From: Chiloscyllium plagiosum | Lineage: Eukaryota | DNA: 64,000 nucleotides | Direction: 5' to 3' | NCBI RefSeq assembly: GCF_004010195.1 | Contig: NC_057720.1 | Location: 20,101,680-20,165,679 of the forward strand | In this document: in pieces, positions 49,786 to 61,959 of the stretch | Layout of the letters: every line of letters starts with the position of its first letter | Position numbering within the stretch: the stretch's first letter is position 1 | Notes under the pieces: generated by a model | Told to the model about the DNA's origin: nothing | The model's database searches: none | Seen by the model: only the letters and a program-made list of their open reading frames with translations | Position numbers and translations under genes: made by a program

Positions 49786-51166
49786 ATCACCAACAATGAG
49801 GAGAAATTATGAAAAATGCGGGATCAGTTGTGAAATTGGGAAAAACGGTAATTAGTTAATTTGGAGATCTCATTGCAAGGACTCAGTTAAATTTCTCATT
49901 TTTATGTCACTGTAGTCATCATTATCTCAATTTCCCTCATCTTGTATCACTCCTCTATGCTCCTAAACCATTGTCCAATTAGTTGCTGTATTTCACTAAC
50001 GGTATTAAAATTGATAAGATATCAGGACCACAGAGAGTCGCCTCAGGCGACTAAGTGGGTTGCGCTTTGGCGGGTCGGTGTGGACTTGTTGGGCTGAAGG
50101 GCCTGTTTCCACACTGTAAGTAATCTAATCAAAAAAAAAGAGCTACATCCAAGGATACTGATCAAAGCCAGAGTAGAAATTGTGGAGGCATAGACTATAA
50201 TTTTCCTTAGGCTTGGGGTGCAAGAAACATGGAGAATAGGCACAATGCCATTAATTTCTGAAGTTTTTCAATTCAATATTGAGACCTCAAAGCAGATTTA
50301 AAACAGAGATGAAGAGAAATTACTTCTTGCAAAGGGTCATGATTCTGTGGAATTTGATGTCCAGTGTGTGGTGGATGCTGGGACATTAAATAAGTTTAAG
50401 GAGGAAAGAGATAGACTTTTAATTAATAATGTGTTGAAGGGTATGGAGAGTGGTCAGGAAAATGAAGTTGAGGCCGATATGACATCAGCCATAACTGTGT
50501 TTAGTGATGGACCAGACTTGAAGGGCTGAATTGAGTACTCCTACTCCTACTTATGTTCTTTTGAGGGGTCTAAAACAGGTAGTGAAAAATTGGTTTCCAT
50601 TGGTAGGAAGATCAAGAACCAAAGATTTAATATAATTTACAAAAGAAGCAATGTGACATGAGGAAAAGCTTTACTCAGAGTGAGTAAAAGAGATCTGGAA
50701 TGCACTGCCAAAGCATATGGTGGAGACCAGACGAATTGAAACTTTTATAAAGGGAATTAGGCATGTCTGAAAAGGAAAAAAATTGCAGGGCTACAGGGAA
50801 GAATCAGGCAGGTGGCTGTCTGTAAATTATTCCTTCAGAGCAATTGAATAGTGTTTTTTTGTGTGGTAACCAATTAATCCTCTCCACACTTGCAAATTAC
50901 ATAAAACTCTGCATCATTTCATCTTGATTGCTTGGTTGTTATCCACCTTACCCATAACCCTGCATACACTCCATCTACCCTATTTACGACTATTTAGTGG
51001 AATTTCCTCACTACCGCAATGAAAGGGTAGCCTGTTTTACAGATTGATAATCCCCTTGGCCACTGACTTTGGTTAAGTAAGAGAACTCCTAGAAGCATGG
51101 CACTCATTCACGCAACCATTGCAGTCCATGTGGTGGAGGATTCCCCTACAAAATTCCCCACCGTGT

Positions 51167-51487
51167 GGGTGGCACGGTGGCACAGTGGTTAGCACTGCTG
51201 CCTCGCAGCGCCAGAGACCCGGGTTCAATTCCCGACTCAGGCGACTGACTGTGTGGAGTTTGCACGTTCTCCCCGTGTCTGCGTGGGTTTCCTCCGGGTG
51301 CTCCGGTTTCCTCCCACAGTCCAAAGATGTGCAGGGTCAGGTGAATTGGCCATACTAAATTGCCCGTAGTGTTAGATAAGGGGTAAATGTAGGGGTATGG
51401 GTGGGTTTCGCTTCGGCGGGTCGGTGTGGACTTGTTGGGCCGAAGGGCCTGTTTCCACACTGTAATCTAATCTAATCTAATCTAATC
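51167..51487 (+). mobile_element. Full-length young V-SINE (HE1-like)
   Basis: tRNA head with A/B boxes, V-core, CR1-like tail and (atcta)n; nearly identical to 53829-54138. Confidence 0.92.
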
Positions 51488-51737
51488 ACTCAATCAACAA
51501 GCACATTGACCTGGACCCAACATACCGGCCATTACAATGAACAACCGGAAGAAGCAGAAAATAGAACTAAGTAAATTCCAGAAGAGACAGTACAGCAGCG
51601 CTTCACAGGAGGTTCCAAAGCACTGAAGATGTCTAGACAGGGAGCAAAACATCTGCAAATCAACTTCCGAGTTCGTTGAACATACCCATAACCATGACAA
51701 CTGGCACCCGTGCTACAAATCTTTACACAAACTTTGA
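51488..51737 (+). mobile_element. PLE 3' remnant (same family as 55011-55732)
   Basis: tcaatcaacaagcacattgacctgga...gctacaaatc; the upstream piece LEAWHS is at about 51086-51110. Confidence 0.7.
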
Positions 51738-51797
51738 ATCTCTTTAGTAACTTTTTAAAGTGTATTTTCCAAGTCTACTATGCTTTGTTTCTCTTGA

Positions 51798-51944
51798 GTC
51801 AAAGAGTGTGATGCTAGAAAAACGCAACCAGTCAGGCAGCATCCAAGGAGCAGGAGAATCCTTGGATGCTGCCAGACTGGCTATGCTTTTCCAGCACCAC
51901 ACTCTTCGGCTCTGCTCTCCAACATCTACAGTCCTCACTTTCTC
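51798..51944. mobile_element. PLE solo hairpin
   Basis: TSD ctttgtttctcttga (51783-51797 / 51945-51959); inverted arms. Confidence 0.8.
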
Positions 51945-51987
51945 CTTTGTTTCTCTTGAAACATTTTAATAAACAGCTCATTCCACT

Positions 51988-51994
51988 TACTAAT
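51988..51994 (+). promoter_or_regulatory. Likely branch point for exon 20 (TACTAAT)
   Basis: Near-consensus YNYTRAY with the branch A about 16 nt upstream of the acceptor AG at 52008-52009. Confidence 0.6.
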
Positions 51995-52009
51995 GTTATT
52001 TATCACCAG

Positions 52010-52129
52010 GTACTGAAAGAGTATCTTGATAACGTCCAGCTTGGCCATATTCTGGAGCGTGAGGGAGGCTGGGATTGCATTCAGGACTGGATGGATGTAC
52101 TCAGTGGAGGGGAGAAACAACGGATGGCT
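52010..52129 (+). CDS. ABCD3: ABCD3 exon 20 (120 nt), ABC signature
   Basis: caccag|GTA...GCT|gtatgt; VLKEYLDNVQLGHILEREGGWDCIQDWMDVLSGGEKQRMA. Confidence 0.96.
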
Positions 52130-52521
52130 GTATGTCTTACATATTTTCTAAAGCTATACTTGCGTGTTTCATATTTGATACAAGAATGAAATATAAAATC
52201 CTTCCATAATTTTCACTAGAATTTCATACAGCTTGGTATAACTTTCATACATTTTTTGATGTTTTTGTATTACAAAAGCTACAGAGTCCTAAATTCAAAA
52301 TAACTTTTTTGTAGCTTTGTGAGAATCCTTGACATCTAAGGTGGATGAATAACATGAAAGAATGCAAACTTATTTTCAAGCAAGCTTAAGTAAATGTACC
52401 ATGAAATGTAGAGCCATTTTTTTACAATGGTATTAAGAGTCCTGTGTGCATTACTCTCCAGTCAGCACACGTGTTGGAGAGAAGTGAGGAAATAAGCAGG
52501 CTTGTATTTGAAGAAGAGTGA

Positions 52522-52690
52522 ACAAAACCAGAAATTTTTGGGAAAATCTCAGCATCTGTGGTTCTCTTGTCTTCTGAAGAAGGGTTACTGGGTCTGCAAC
52601 GGCACCTCTGCTTTCCCTCCACAGATGCTGCCAGACCTGCCGAGCTTTACTAGCAATTTTTGATTTCATCTGCAGGTCTTGGTTTTTTTT
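52522..52690. mobile_element. Degraded PLE terminal repeat
   Basis: ctgaagaaggg..., gatgctgccagacctgc; flanked by ttgaagaa(a)gagtga direct repeats. Confidence 0.6.
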
Positions 52691-53828
52691 TTGAAGAAAG
52701 AGTGAGCCAAATTGGCTAGATTACATGGAGAGCAGCTCCTGAATAGTTTTGCAATGTAATTTGTTGCTGTGTTAACTGTAGTGTAAGACCTTTGGGACCA
52801 TGAAATGAACGTACACTGTTTCACTTGCTTATCACAGGGGATAAATAGCATAGAGTGGACAGTGTTAGATAAGTTGAAGATGGAAGAACATTAGGAAGTA
52901 GATAAGTGTTTTAACAGTGTAACAATAAGCTCTGAACTTGATATCTCTCAGATTGCCATGCATAGTTGGATGTAGTATTAATATACAATAACTGGAGTTC
53001 TACAAAGGTAAATGTTTTACAACATTGCTCAATACTTGTCTTCTACTGACCAGTCTGTATTGAACCCAAGTTCTTAAATGGGACCCGAAAAGCACATGAC
53101 CAAATATGGTGGTTGCAGTGGAATCAATTATCTAAAAAAATCTTGGCAGTCGTGAAGGTCAAGAAACAGACCCAAAATCATCTGGAGAATAACTTAAAAT
53201 ACAATCACTTTTTTCCAAAACATCATCAGTATCAATTTAAGACCACAGTGCTGAACAGTTCTTGTGCAAGAAGAATCCCTAAACTGGAAATTGCTGATAA
53301 ATCACCAAGTGAGCTTCAAATCAATGAAGGCCTTTTACAGCCAGTAATAGGAAAAACTAACTGTGAAAGGAAAGGCAATGAAAATAAGGAAAAGCCCATT
53401 AGCTACCAAGGGGATAAATCTGGATTGAGTACCTGCGAAAGGAGACTGATTACTGGACTCCCTGTGCCAAGTCAATCCATTTCTTAGAGGGAAAAGCTTG
53501 AAAAACTGGCCTGGAAAGTAAACTTAAGAATTCTGGTAGTTTTATTAACTTGTTGATAAAGTTACGAAAATTTTTCAGTAGCGTCGATTGATTGAAAAAG
53601 TCATGAGTAAGAATCATTTGGAATTCAAAGTCTAAAAAGCCTAATAGTGAATATAAATAAATTTTCTTGATGCCGACAGATTGGGTGAAAACCCTTCATT
53701 CAACACCTACAAAGTTGTATCAAGTTTAATTGTTAAAAAATGGATACAAAGCAAATGCTGCACATCTGATATTGTATTTGGTGAGAATATATCCAGATGC
53801 AGAAAAAAATCAATGTGGACAATGTCGT

Positions 53829-54138
53829 GGCTGCACGGTGGCACAGTGGTTAGCACTACTGCCTCACAGCGCCAGAGACCCGGGTTCAATTCCCGCCTCA
53901 GGCGACTGACTGTGTGGAGTTTGCACATTCTCCCCGTGTCTGTGTGGGTTTCCTCCGGGTGCTCCGGTTTCCTCCCACAGTCCAAAGATGTGCAGGTCAG
54001 GTGAATTGGCCATACTAAATTGCCCGTAGTGTTAGGTAAGGGGTAAATGTAGGGGTATGGGTGGGTTTCGCTTCGGCGGGGCGGTGTGGACTTGCTGGGC
54101 CGAAGGGCCTGTTTCCACACTGTAATCTAATCTAATCT
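53829..54138 (+). mobile_element. Full-length young V-SINE (HE1-like)
   Basis: Near-identical to 51167-51487. Confidence 0.92.
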
Positions 54139-55010
54139 TATCAATCTATTGGTTGTAGCCATTTGAGAAAGTTTCTACCCACAAATCTACTGGCAATCCT
54201 TCATTCATCTCTATAAAGATGCCATATCAGTTGGTCTTTACATTGGAAACAGCACTTTTCCAGCAGAAGCTTCAAAAGCCTTCATTTCAAGTATGACAAC
54301 AATGTTTACTTCAAGAAAAAAAAGGCTAGGCAACAAAATGACAATACATGCTGATCAAAATCCTATTATAATCATCTTCCAAGTCAAAAAACCAGAGGTG
54401 CTCATCAGTAATCAGCCATTGCAGCAATATTCATTATTTTTCCACCATTCAAATTCAAGCTATCATACCATTTGAAAAACCAGACATGTGACAGTGTAGA
54501 AAGCATAATTCTCAAGATTTTGAACAGCTTAAGCATTGGGTATCAAATGGAATGAGGAACAGGTTATCACTCCGCTTGATTACATGGGATGACCGTCAGA
54601 CGTTGAACTTTTCCAATCAGAAAATAAATTTTGAATGGACAGTCCAAATAGCAGTGGATGCAAAATCTAGAAATACTTTCAAGAAACATTATGCAGCAAA
54701 GTTAAAATGAATGCAGAACATTTTACAGAGAGTGGACTGCTTACAGCATGATAGAGCTTTACATCAGAGGAGACAGACATCTCATTTTAAAATATATAGT
54801 ATGCGACAACTTCAGAATGAAATCCTATGCAATGTAATGCTATAGTTACTTGTCACGGGTGTGGCTCCAAAACCCCACACTACCACGACAAAACTGCCCA
54901 GCAATGTGTTAATTGTAAGTAAAGAGGTCCTGAATCAAAAATGTGCTATGGTCTGAAGATCACACTATTAAACCAAATTGTTTCCAGGCCTCTATGTATG
55001 TTCATGCCTT

Positions 55011-55732
55011 CAAAGTTTGGGAGAAGATTTGTAGCTCGGGTGCTCGTTGTTGTGGTTCTGTTCGCCGAGCTGGGAATTTGTGTTGCAGACGTTTCGTCTC
55101 CTGTCTAGGTGACATCCTCAGTGCTTGGGAGCCTCCTGTGAAGCGCTTCTGTGATCTTTCCTCCCGCATTTGTAGTGGTTTAAATCTACTGCTTCCGGTT
55201 GTCAGTTCCAGATGTCTGCTGTAGTGGTCAGTATATTGGGTCCAGATCAATGTGCTTATTGATTGAATCTGTGGATGAGTGCCATGCCTCTAGGAATTCC
55301 GTAGTGTATAAAATCCCATGCAAGGACTGCACAAAACACTACATAGGACAAACAGGAAGACAGCTAACGATCCGCATCCATGAACACCAACTAGCCACGA
55401 AACGACACGACCAGCTATCCTTAGTAGCCACACACGTAGATGACAAGCAACATGAATTTGACTGGGACAACACTACTATTATAGGACAAGCCAAACAGAG
55501 AACAGCCAGGGAATTCCCAGAGGCATGGCACTCATCCACAGATTCAGTCAATAAGCACATTGATCTGAACCCAATATACCAACCACTGCAGCGAACAGCT
55601 GGAACTGACAACCGGAAGCGGCAGATTCAAACCACTATAAACGCCGGAGGAAAGCACTGAGGATGTCACCCAGACAGGGGACGAAACATCTGCAACACAA
55701 ATTCCCAGCTCGGTGAACAGAACCGCAACAAC
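55011..55732 (+). mobile_element. Penelope-like element: 5'-inverted arm plus GIY-YIG domain and terminal repeat
   Basis: VVYKIPCKDCTKHYIGQTGRQLTIRIHEH; TSD atgtt[c/t]atgcctt (54998-55010 / 55733-55745). Confidence 0.9.
55085..55124 (-). ncRNA. Minimal hammerhead-ribozyme-like motif (PLE type)
   Basis: Minus strand reads gca-CTGAGGA-t-GTCACC tagaca GGAGAC-GAAAC-GTC-tgc. The plus-strand mirror at 55654-55693 has GTC changed to ATC. Confidence 0.55.
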
Positions 55733-56689
55733 ATGTTTATGCCTTGGAACAAATTTAGAAGATTAGATTAACAGTTGAATGGGATAAATTTCATTATATG
55801 GGGACCAACTACCTATAAGATGAATAACATCACTAATTTTTTTTTGGCGAATAACATCATCACCCAATCCAAATCCTACAGATGGAGAAGAAGGAACCAC
55901 CCAACCTCCCCGTACATTCCTGCAATTATATCAATGCAAAATCATTCAGCAAACATTACCTGTTCAGGAAATGTGAAAGGGCACCAGATTGACTAAGTCT
56001 CTAAGCTAACAGAAACCAGCAGAGAGAAAAGAAAAGCTCATCAACTTTACCCAAGTATCCTAACAATGACTTTCCTTACCCACCTATTAGCACAGATGAA
56101 TCATGTCAAAGACTTGAGAAGAATGGGAGAAAGTCAGACAAATGTGCAGTAAATGTAAAAATAGGTAACATAAGCAACTCATTTGAGAATGTATAACATG
56201 TTGATTATGGGAGTTAAACCTTGTGGAAGAGTATTGTGTAAGAGCTAAAAGATCCTGGAGCAACATTGCAATGATGTCACTGAGATGCTTCACACAAGAT
56301 ACAAGTAGCACAGTGTGGGTAGAGTCAAAGATGGAAAATCATTAGAAGGAAATTAACAATAAGCTCTCGATTTGGATTCTCTCACATTAGCACATGTAAT
56401 AATAACCTGCAGTAATAAAGTTCTGCAGAGGTCTAAAGTTAAAGACAGTTCTTCTTGACCAGTCTGCCATGAGCCCAAACTCTTGGGTGTGACCCTAAAT
56501 CTATACAACAAAAGATTAACAAATCTTTTACTACTCCTGCAGAAGATTTTTTTTTCTCTGTATTGACCAATCAAGCTCTGGCAGTTGCTGCCTTCCTATT
56601 TCATTCTCTTGGTATTAAAATATTTTATCTGATTATATTTTCTTCTTTCTGTTTTCTTATGTTCAACAATTGTTTATGTCTGTTCATCT

Positions 56690-57020
56690 CCATAGAATCC
56701 CTTCAGTGTGGGAACAGACCATTAGACCCAACAAGTCCACACTGACTGTTTAAAGAGTATCCCACCCACACTCACACCCCCTACCATATAGCCCTGCAAA
56801 TCCCATGGCTAATCCAGCTAACCTACGCATCCCTAGTCACTGTGGACAATTTGGTATGGACAATCTACCTAACCTGCATATCTTTAGATTGTGGGAGGAA
56901 ACCGGAGCACCCAAAGGAAACTCATGCAGACACAGGGAGAATGTCCAAGCTCCAAACAGGCAGTTGCCCGAGGCTGGAATTGAACCCGGGTTCCTGGTGC
57001 TGTGAGGCAGCAATGCTCAA
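56690..57020 (-). mobile_element. V-SINE (HE1-like)
   Basis: Reverse-complement SINE core and head. Confidence 0.85.
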
Positions 57021-57899
57021 TTAACAAACTTTTGAATTGATAGCTAATAAATCTTTGACTTTGCTAGAACAAAGCACGCTGCAGAATGTCTTTTCTATAA
57101 TTCCAAATAATAGTTAAATTACCTATTTATATATTTACTTGTTTACTTCTCTCCTCATTTTTGAAAACTTTCTTTACTCTCCCAGAAGCATTTGCCTGTC
57201 CTAAGCAGCATTGATAAATATGCTTATAAATAGGACATTATCTCAGTTGGTGGATAAAGGAATTAAAAAAAAGGAAAATCTTGTTTTTTAATTTATCGTT
57301 TTGCCTTCTTAAATATTTCCCTTACTTATATCAACCTTTAAAGATAATTTTACTGTTGGTATTATGTATCTTTTTGAATTCCAGTCTCAAAATTCAGGCT
57401 CACAAAATGCCTTTGTTCTTTCACTGCCTTATATGCAATGAGAATGGATGGTCTGTTTACAACACTTACTCCTGCCTTTCTCCTTGTGGAAGTGCTTTTA
57501 CCCCTGTTTTTCTCCTCCCTTGACCTAGATTAAGTTATGAACGGCATGCTGCACACACTACCAATTTCTAGGAGAGTATCTTAGCTCATCAGCCCAGTCT
57601 GCCATTCACATTTTTCTTCTTCATAAAGGGGTCTTCTCCAGGAAGATCTATAGTCTACAGGGATCTATTTAGTGTCTCTCTTTTGAAATGTCAGTACAGT
57701 TTCACCAGTGTATTATATTTATCAGTCTGAAATTTTGCTGCTTTTTCTTATCATTGCAATTGTGTTTCCAAGAATTTAATACCATTGTAGTTTAACAAAG
57801 CCAGAACAGGCTAACAGCTAATTTGAATAAAATGGATATGCTGTGAAATAAATATTGACTTGTGTGAGCGACTATGTTATTTATTTTTCTTAAATGCAG

Positions 57900-58004
57900 A
57901 TGGCTCGATTATTCTACCACAAACCACAATTTGCTATTTTAGATGAATGTACCAGCGCAGTTAGCGTGGATGTTGAAGGCTATATATACAGTCATTGCAG
58001 AAAG
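57900..58004 (+). CDS. ABCD3: ABCD3 exon 21 (105 nt), Walker B/D-loop
   Basis: atgcag|ATG...AAG|gtaagc; [35 protein letters not shown]. Confidence 0.96.
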
Positions 58005-59034
58005 GTAAGCAATGCTACTGGAGGATAATGTCAAATAAAATGCTGTTCCTGGATGAGATGTAAACGGTGACAAATACCAAAGTCTTAGTAAATTCATGTT
58101 TTCATGCAGGTGATCTCATGGGATGATTATGATCACTTGAGGACATCAAAGGAATTTTCCAGATTATATTTTTCTCTATGTCAGGAAATATTACATGGCT
58201 GTAGTGTAGGGGTATGAGTAGGAAGTTTCTGGTCCGGATTCTCCTTTCGTCATGAAGGAGATAGGCTTGTTGAATGGTCTAGTCCTTTCTTGCCCTGCAG
58301 TTTTGTAACCAAAAATGTAATTCTTGTAGGCCAATTTCTGCACAAATTAAGGGAATTTGTAAAGTCTACCCTGATGTGCATCTCCATTTCAACCTCTATT
58401 GGATTCACAACACAAATATTGCATGCAAGTTCATTTATACAAAAACAAATTTAGAGAGGATGGAGACAGTAGGAAATGTAAATTATATATGAAAAAATAA
58501 TGATGGAAAGGATTAGTTTTTGGTCAAGTGACATTAAAAAGCTTGACACCTGATGGATAACAGATTCTCTTTTGTTTAACCTTCAAACTGGAAAAAGAAT
58601 CGAGGATGGATTTGTTTTTTGCAAAATGACTGATACAAAGCTGTTAGTTTGACTTAAGCTATGTCGGATTTTACTTTTACATTTAAGTTAATGAAAGAAA
58701 ATTGGTTTAGTCTAAAAAGGAATGCTGATTCACTATTATCAAGTACCACTTTTACTCCTGTCATTTTTATAAAGTTGAAATGATCAGTTAAAAGCAGTTC
58801 AGTATTGCAAAAAACATCTCTGAATTATACATTCAAAATTACAGATTTCTGGAGTAAGCAAAATTTTTTAAATTTTCAAATGTTTTAATGATTGATTTTT
58901 GTTGCACTTTCTTTGACTATTTACTGGGCGTGTTCTCAAGAGCTTGACTTTCCACTTGTCTGTCTCTATTTAACAGAACTGAAATCATTTACTGAATGGA
59001 CATTGCTTCAGCCCAGCATCCTTCATCTATAAGA

Positions 59035-60465
59035 GCACAAGATATAGAAACAGAATTAGGCCATTCATAGAATCCCTACTATGTGAAAAGAGGCCATTCG
59101 GCCATTTGAATATGCATCTCCAAAGAACTTCCCACCCACACACATCCCCACCCTATCCCCATAATTCCACATTACCATGACTAATCCCAGTAACCTGCAC
59201 ATCCCTAGACACTATGGGGGCAATTTAGCATGGCACATCCACCTAACAGTTTTGAATAATGGGGGGAAACCAGAACACTGAGCAGAAACCCACGCAGAGA
59301 TGGGGCAAAAATGTAGACTCCACACAGACATTCACCCAAGACTGGAACTCAATTCAGCAGTGTGAATCACTGAACCACCATGCCCGCTGTACCAATCTAC
59401 TCCGACATTCAATCGTGGCTGATATGTTTCTCAACCCTGTTCTGCCTTCTTCCAATAATGTTTGATCCCTTCTGTCTCTGTCTTCAAAGACACTTGAAGA
59501 CTTGGCCTCCACAGCCCTTTATGGCAATGAGTTTCACAGGTTCACCCACTTGCTGAAGAAATTCCTTCTCATCTCAGACTTTTGCTCTGAGGCTGTGCCA
59601 TGGTCTCCTATTCTCTCCTACTAGTGGAAACATTTCTTCACATCCATTCTATCCAGTCCTTTCATATTCTCTAAATGTTAATGAGATATCCCTTCATCCT
59701 TCAAAACTCTGTCAAGTACAGACCCAGAGTCCTAGATGACTCCTCATATGACAAGTCATTCATTCCCAGGATCATTCTCATGAACCTCCTCTGGAATCCC
59801 TCCAACACCAGCATATCCTTCCTTAGATATGAGACACATAACTGCACATAGTATTCCAAATGCAATCTGACCAGAACTTTATACAGTACATCACTGCTGT
59901 TGTACTTTAGTCCTCTCGAATAGAGTTTTCTCATATTGTTTTTGCCTTCCTAACTTTGAACACTAGGATTTCTAAGCCCCTTTTTCGTTTCAGATTTCTA
60001 AAGCCTTTTCCCATTTAGAAAATACTCCGTGCCTTCATTCTGCCTACTGAAGTGCATAACCTCACACTTTCCCACATTGTATTCCATCTACACTTCTTTG
60101 TCCACTCTCCTAGCCTATCCAAGTCCTCTGCTGCCTTCCTGCCTCTTCAACACTATCTATTCCTTTACCTGTCTTTGTATCAGCTGCAAACTTAGTAACA
60201 CTGCCCTCAGGCTCAACACTGATTCCTGTAGAACTCCATTAGTCACTGGCTGCAATCCTGAAAAAGACCTCTTTATCCCCATTCTCCGCCTTTTTCTAGC
60301 CAGCCAATCCTCTATCCATACCAGTACCTTGCCCTGAACACCATAGTCTCCTACCTTATTTAGCAGCCTTCAGTGGGGAACTTTCTCAAATGCCTTCGGA
60401 TATCCAAATAGATTACATCCACTGACTCTCCTTTGCCTTGAAAGAATTCTAACTGATTTGTTAGA
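59035..60465 (-). mobile_element. LINE RT/3' fragment with a nested SINE (about 59065-59390)
   Basis: LYKVLVRLHLEY and KAFEKVPH on minus. Confidence 0.8.
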
Positions 60466-60604
60466 CACAAGGGACATGGGTGTCAATGCCTTGTCCCTAG
60501 TTGCTCCTTCAGGAGGTGCTAGTGAACTGCCATTGAGCCACTGTACTCTGTGAGGGTAACAGTATTCCTGTGAAGGATGACTGACTGACTGACTCAAGCA
60601 CTTC

Positions 60605-61957
60605 ACCAAAATTGGTGATATGGTGGACAGTGAAGGAGGTTATCTCAGAGTACAAAGACCTTGATCAGATGAGCTGATGGGTCGAGGAGTGGCAGATGGA
60701 GTTTGAGGTAAATGTAAGGTATGGCATTTTGGTAAGGCAAACGAGGGTGGGACTTATGCACTTAATGGTAGGACCTTGAGGAGTGTTGCTGAACAAAAAG
60801 CCCTTGGGGTGTAGGTTGTTAGTTCCTTCAAAATGGAGTCATGGATAGACAGACATTTGGTATTCTTGCCTTTATCGGTCAGTGCACTGAGTACAGGAGT
60901 TGGAATGTCATTTTGCAGCTATACAGGATATTGGTTAGAACACTTTTGGATTACTGTGTTCAATTCTGGCCTCCCTGTTGCCGGAAAGATCATCTTAAAC
61001 TTAAAAAGGTGCAGGAAACATTTTTCAGAATATTGCCAGGGTTGGAGGGTTTGAACTGTAGGGAGAAGCTGAACAGACTTGTGGCTGTTTTCCCTCGAGT
61101 GTCAGAGGCTGAGGGGTGACCTTACAGACATTTATAAAATCACAAGCGGCACGGAAAGGGTAAATAGGCAAGGTTTTTTTCCCCAGGGTGAGGGAATCGA
61201 AAGCTAGAGGGTGCATAGGTTTAAGGTGAGAGGGACCTGAGGGCATCTTTTTCACGCAGAGGGTAGTGCATATATTGGAGGTGTAGTGGACAGCGAAGAG
61301 GGTTACCTCCGATTACAACAGGATCTGGACCAGGTGGGCCAATGGGCTGAGAAGTGGCAGACGGAGTTTAATTCAGATAAATGCGTGGTGCTGCAATTTG
61401 GGGAAGCAAATCTTAGCAGGACTTATACACTTAATGGTACGGTCCTAGGGAGTGTTGCTGAACAGAGCGACCTTGGANNNNNNNNNNNNNNNNNNNNNNN
61501 NNNNNNNNNNNNNNNNNNNNNNNNNNNNNNNNNNNNNNNNNNNNNNNNNNNNNNNNNNNNNNNNNNNNNNNNNNNNNNNNNNNNNNNNNNNNNNNNNNNN
61601 NNNNNNNNNNNNNNNNNNNNNNNNNNNNNNNNNNNNNNNNNNNNNNNNNNNNNNNNNNNNNNNNNNNNNNNNNNNNNNNNNNNNNNNNNNNNNNNNNNNN
61701 NNNNNNNNNNNNNNNNNNNNNNNNNNNNNNNNNNNNNNNNNNNNNNNNNNNNNNNNNNNNNNNNNNNNNNNNNNNNNNNNNNNNNNNNNNNGAGGCTGGT
61801 ACAATTGCAACATTTAAGAGGCATTTGGATGGGTATATGAATAGGAATGGTTTGGAGGGATATGGGTTGGTTGCTGGCAGGTGGGACTAGATTGGGTTGG
61901 GATATCTGGTCGTCATGGACGGGTTGAACCATGTTTCCATGCTGTACATCTCTATAA
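60605..61957 (+). mobile_element. Two tandem CR1 RT/3' fragments (second starts about 61274), spanning an N gap
   Basis: The ggtg..gtggacag.gaag start occurs twice; LQQDLD..WAEKWQ; 3' UTR at 61792-61957. Confidence 0.88.
61478..61791. other. Assembly gap (314 N)
   Basis: Run of n. Confidence 1.
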
Positions 61958-61959
61958 CA

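Larger units (their letters stand above)
4134..58004 (+). other. ABCD3: ABCD3/PMP70 gene span (partial: 18 coding exons, equivalent to human exons 4-21)
   Basis: All exons are bounded by AG/GT with consistent phases. The spliced frame is open (1590 nt) and recognisably ABCD3 from YCDVWMIQNGT to YIYSHCRK. Upstream exons and the final exons (VGITLFTVSHRK...) were not found in the window. Confidence 0.97.

Noticed and set aside
51167..51240. tRNA-like sequence
   Set aside because: It is the SINE head, continuous with the V-core and LINE-derived tail, not a tRNA gene.
51866..52189. 107 aa ORF fusing PLE hairpin sequence to the ABC signature exon
   Set aside because: Chance open frame through the intron; a canonical acceptor and branch point define exon 20 at 52010.
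53060..54830. A-rich stretch with ORFs up to 124 aa, possibly an ancient retroelement
   Set aside because: No recognisable motif; too degraded to call.
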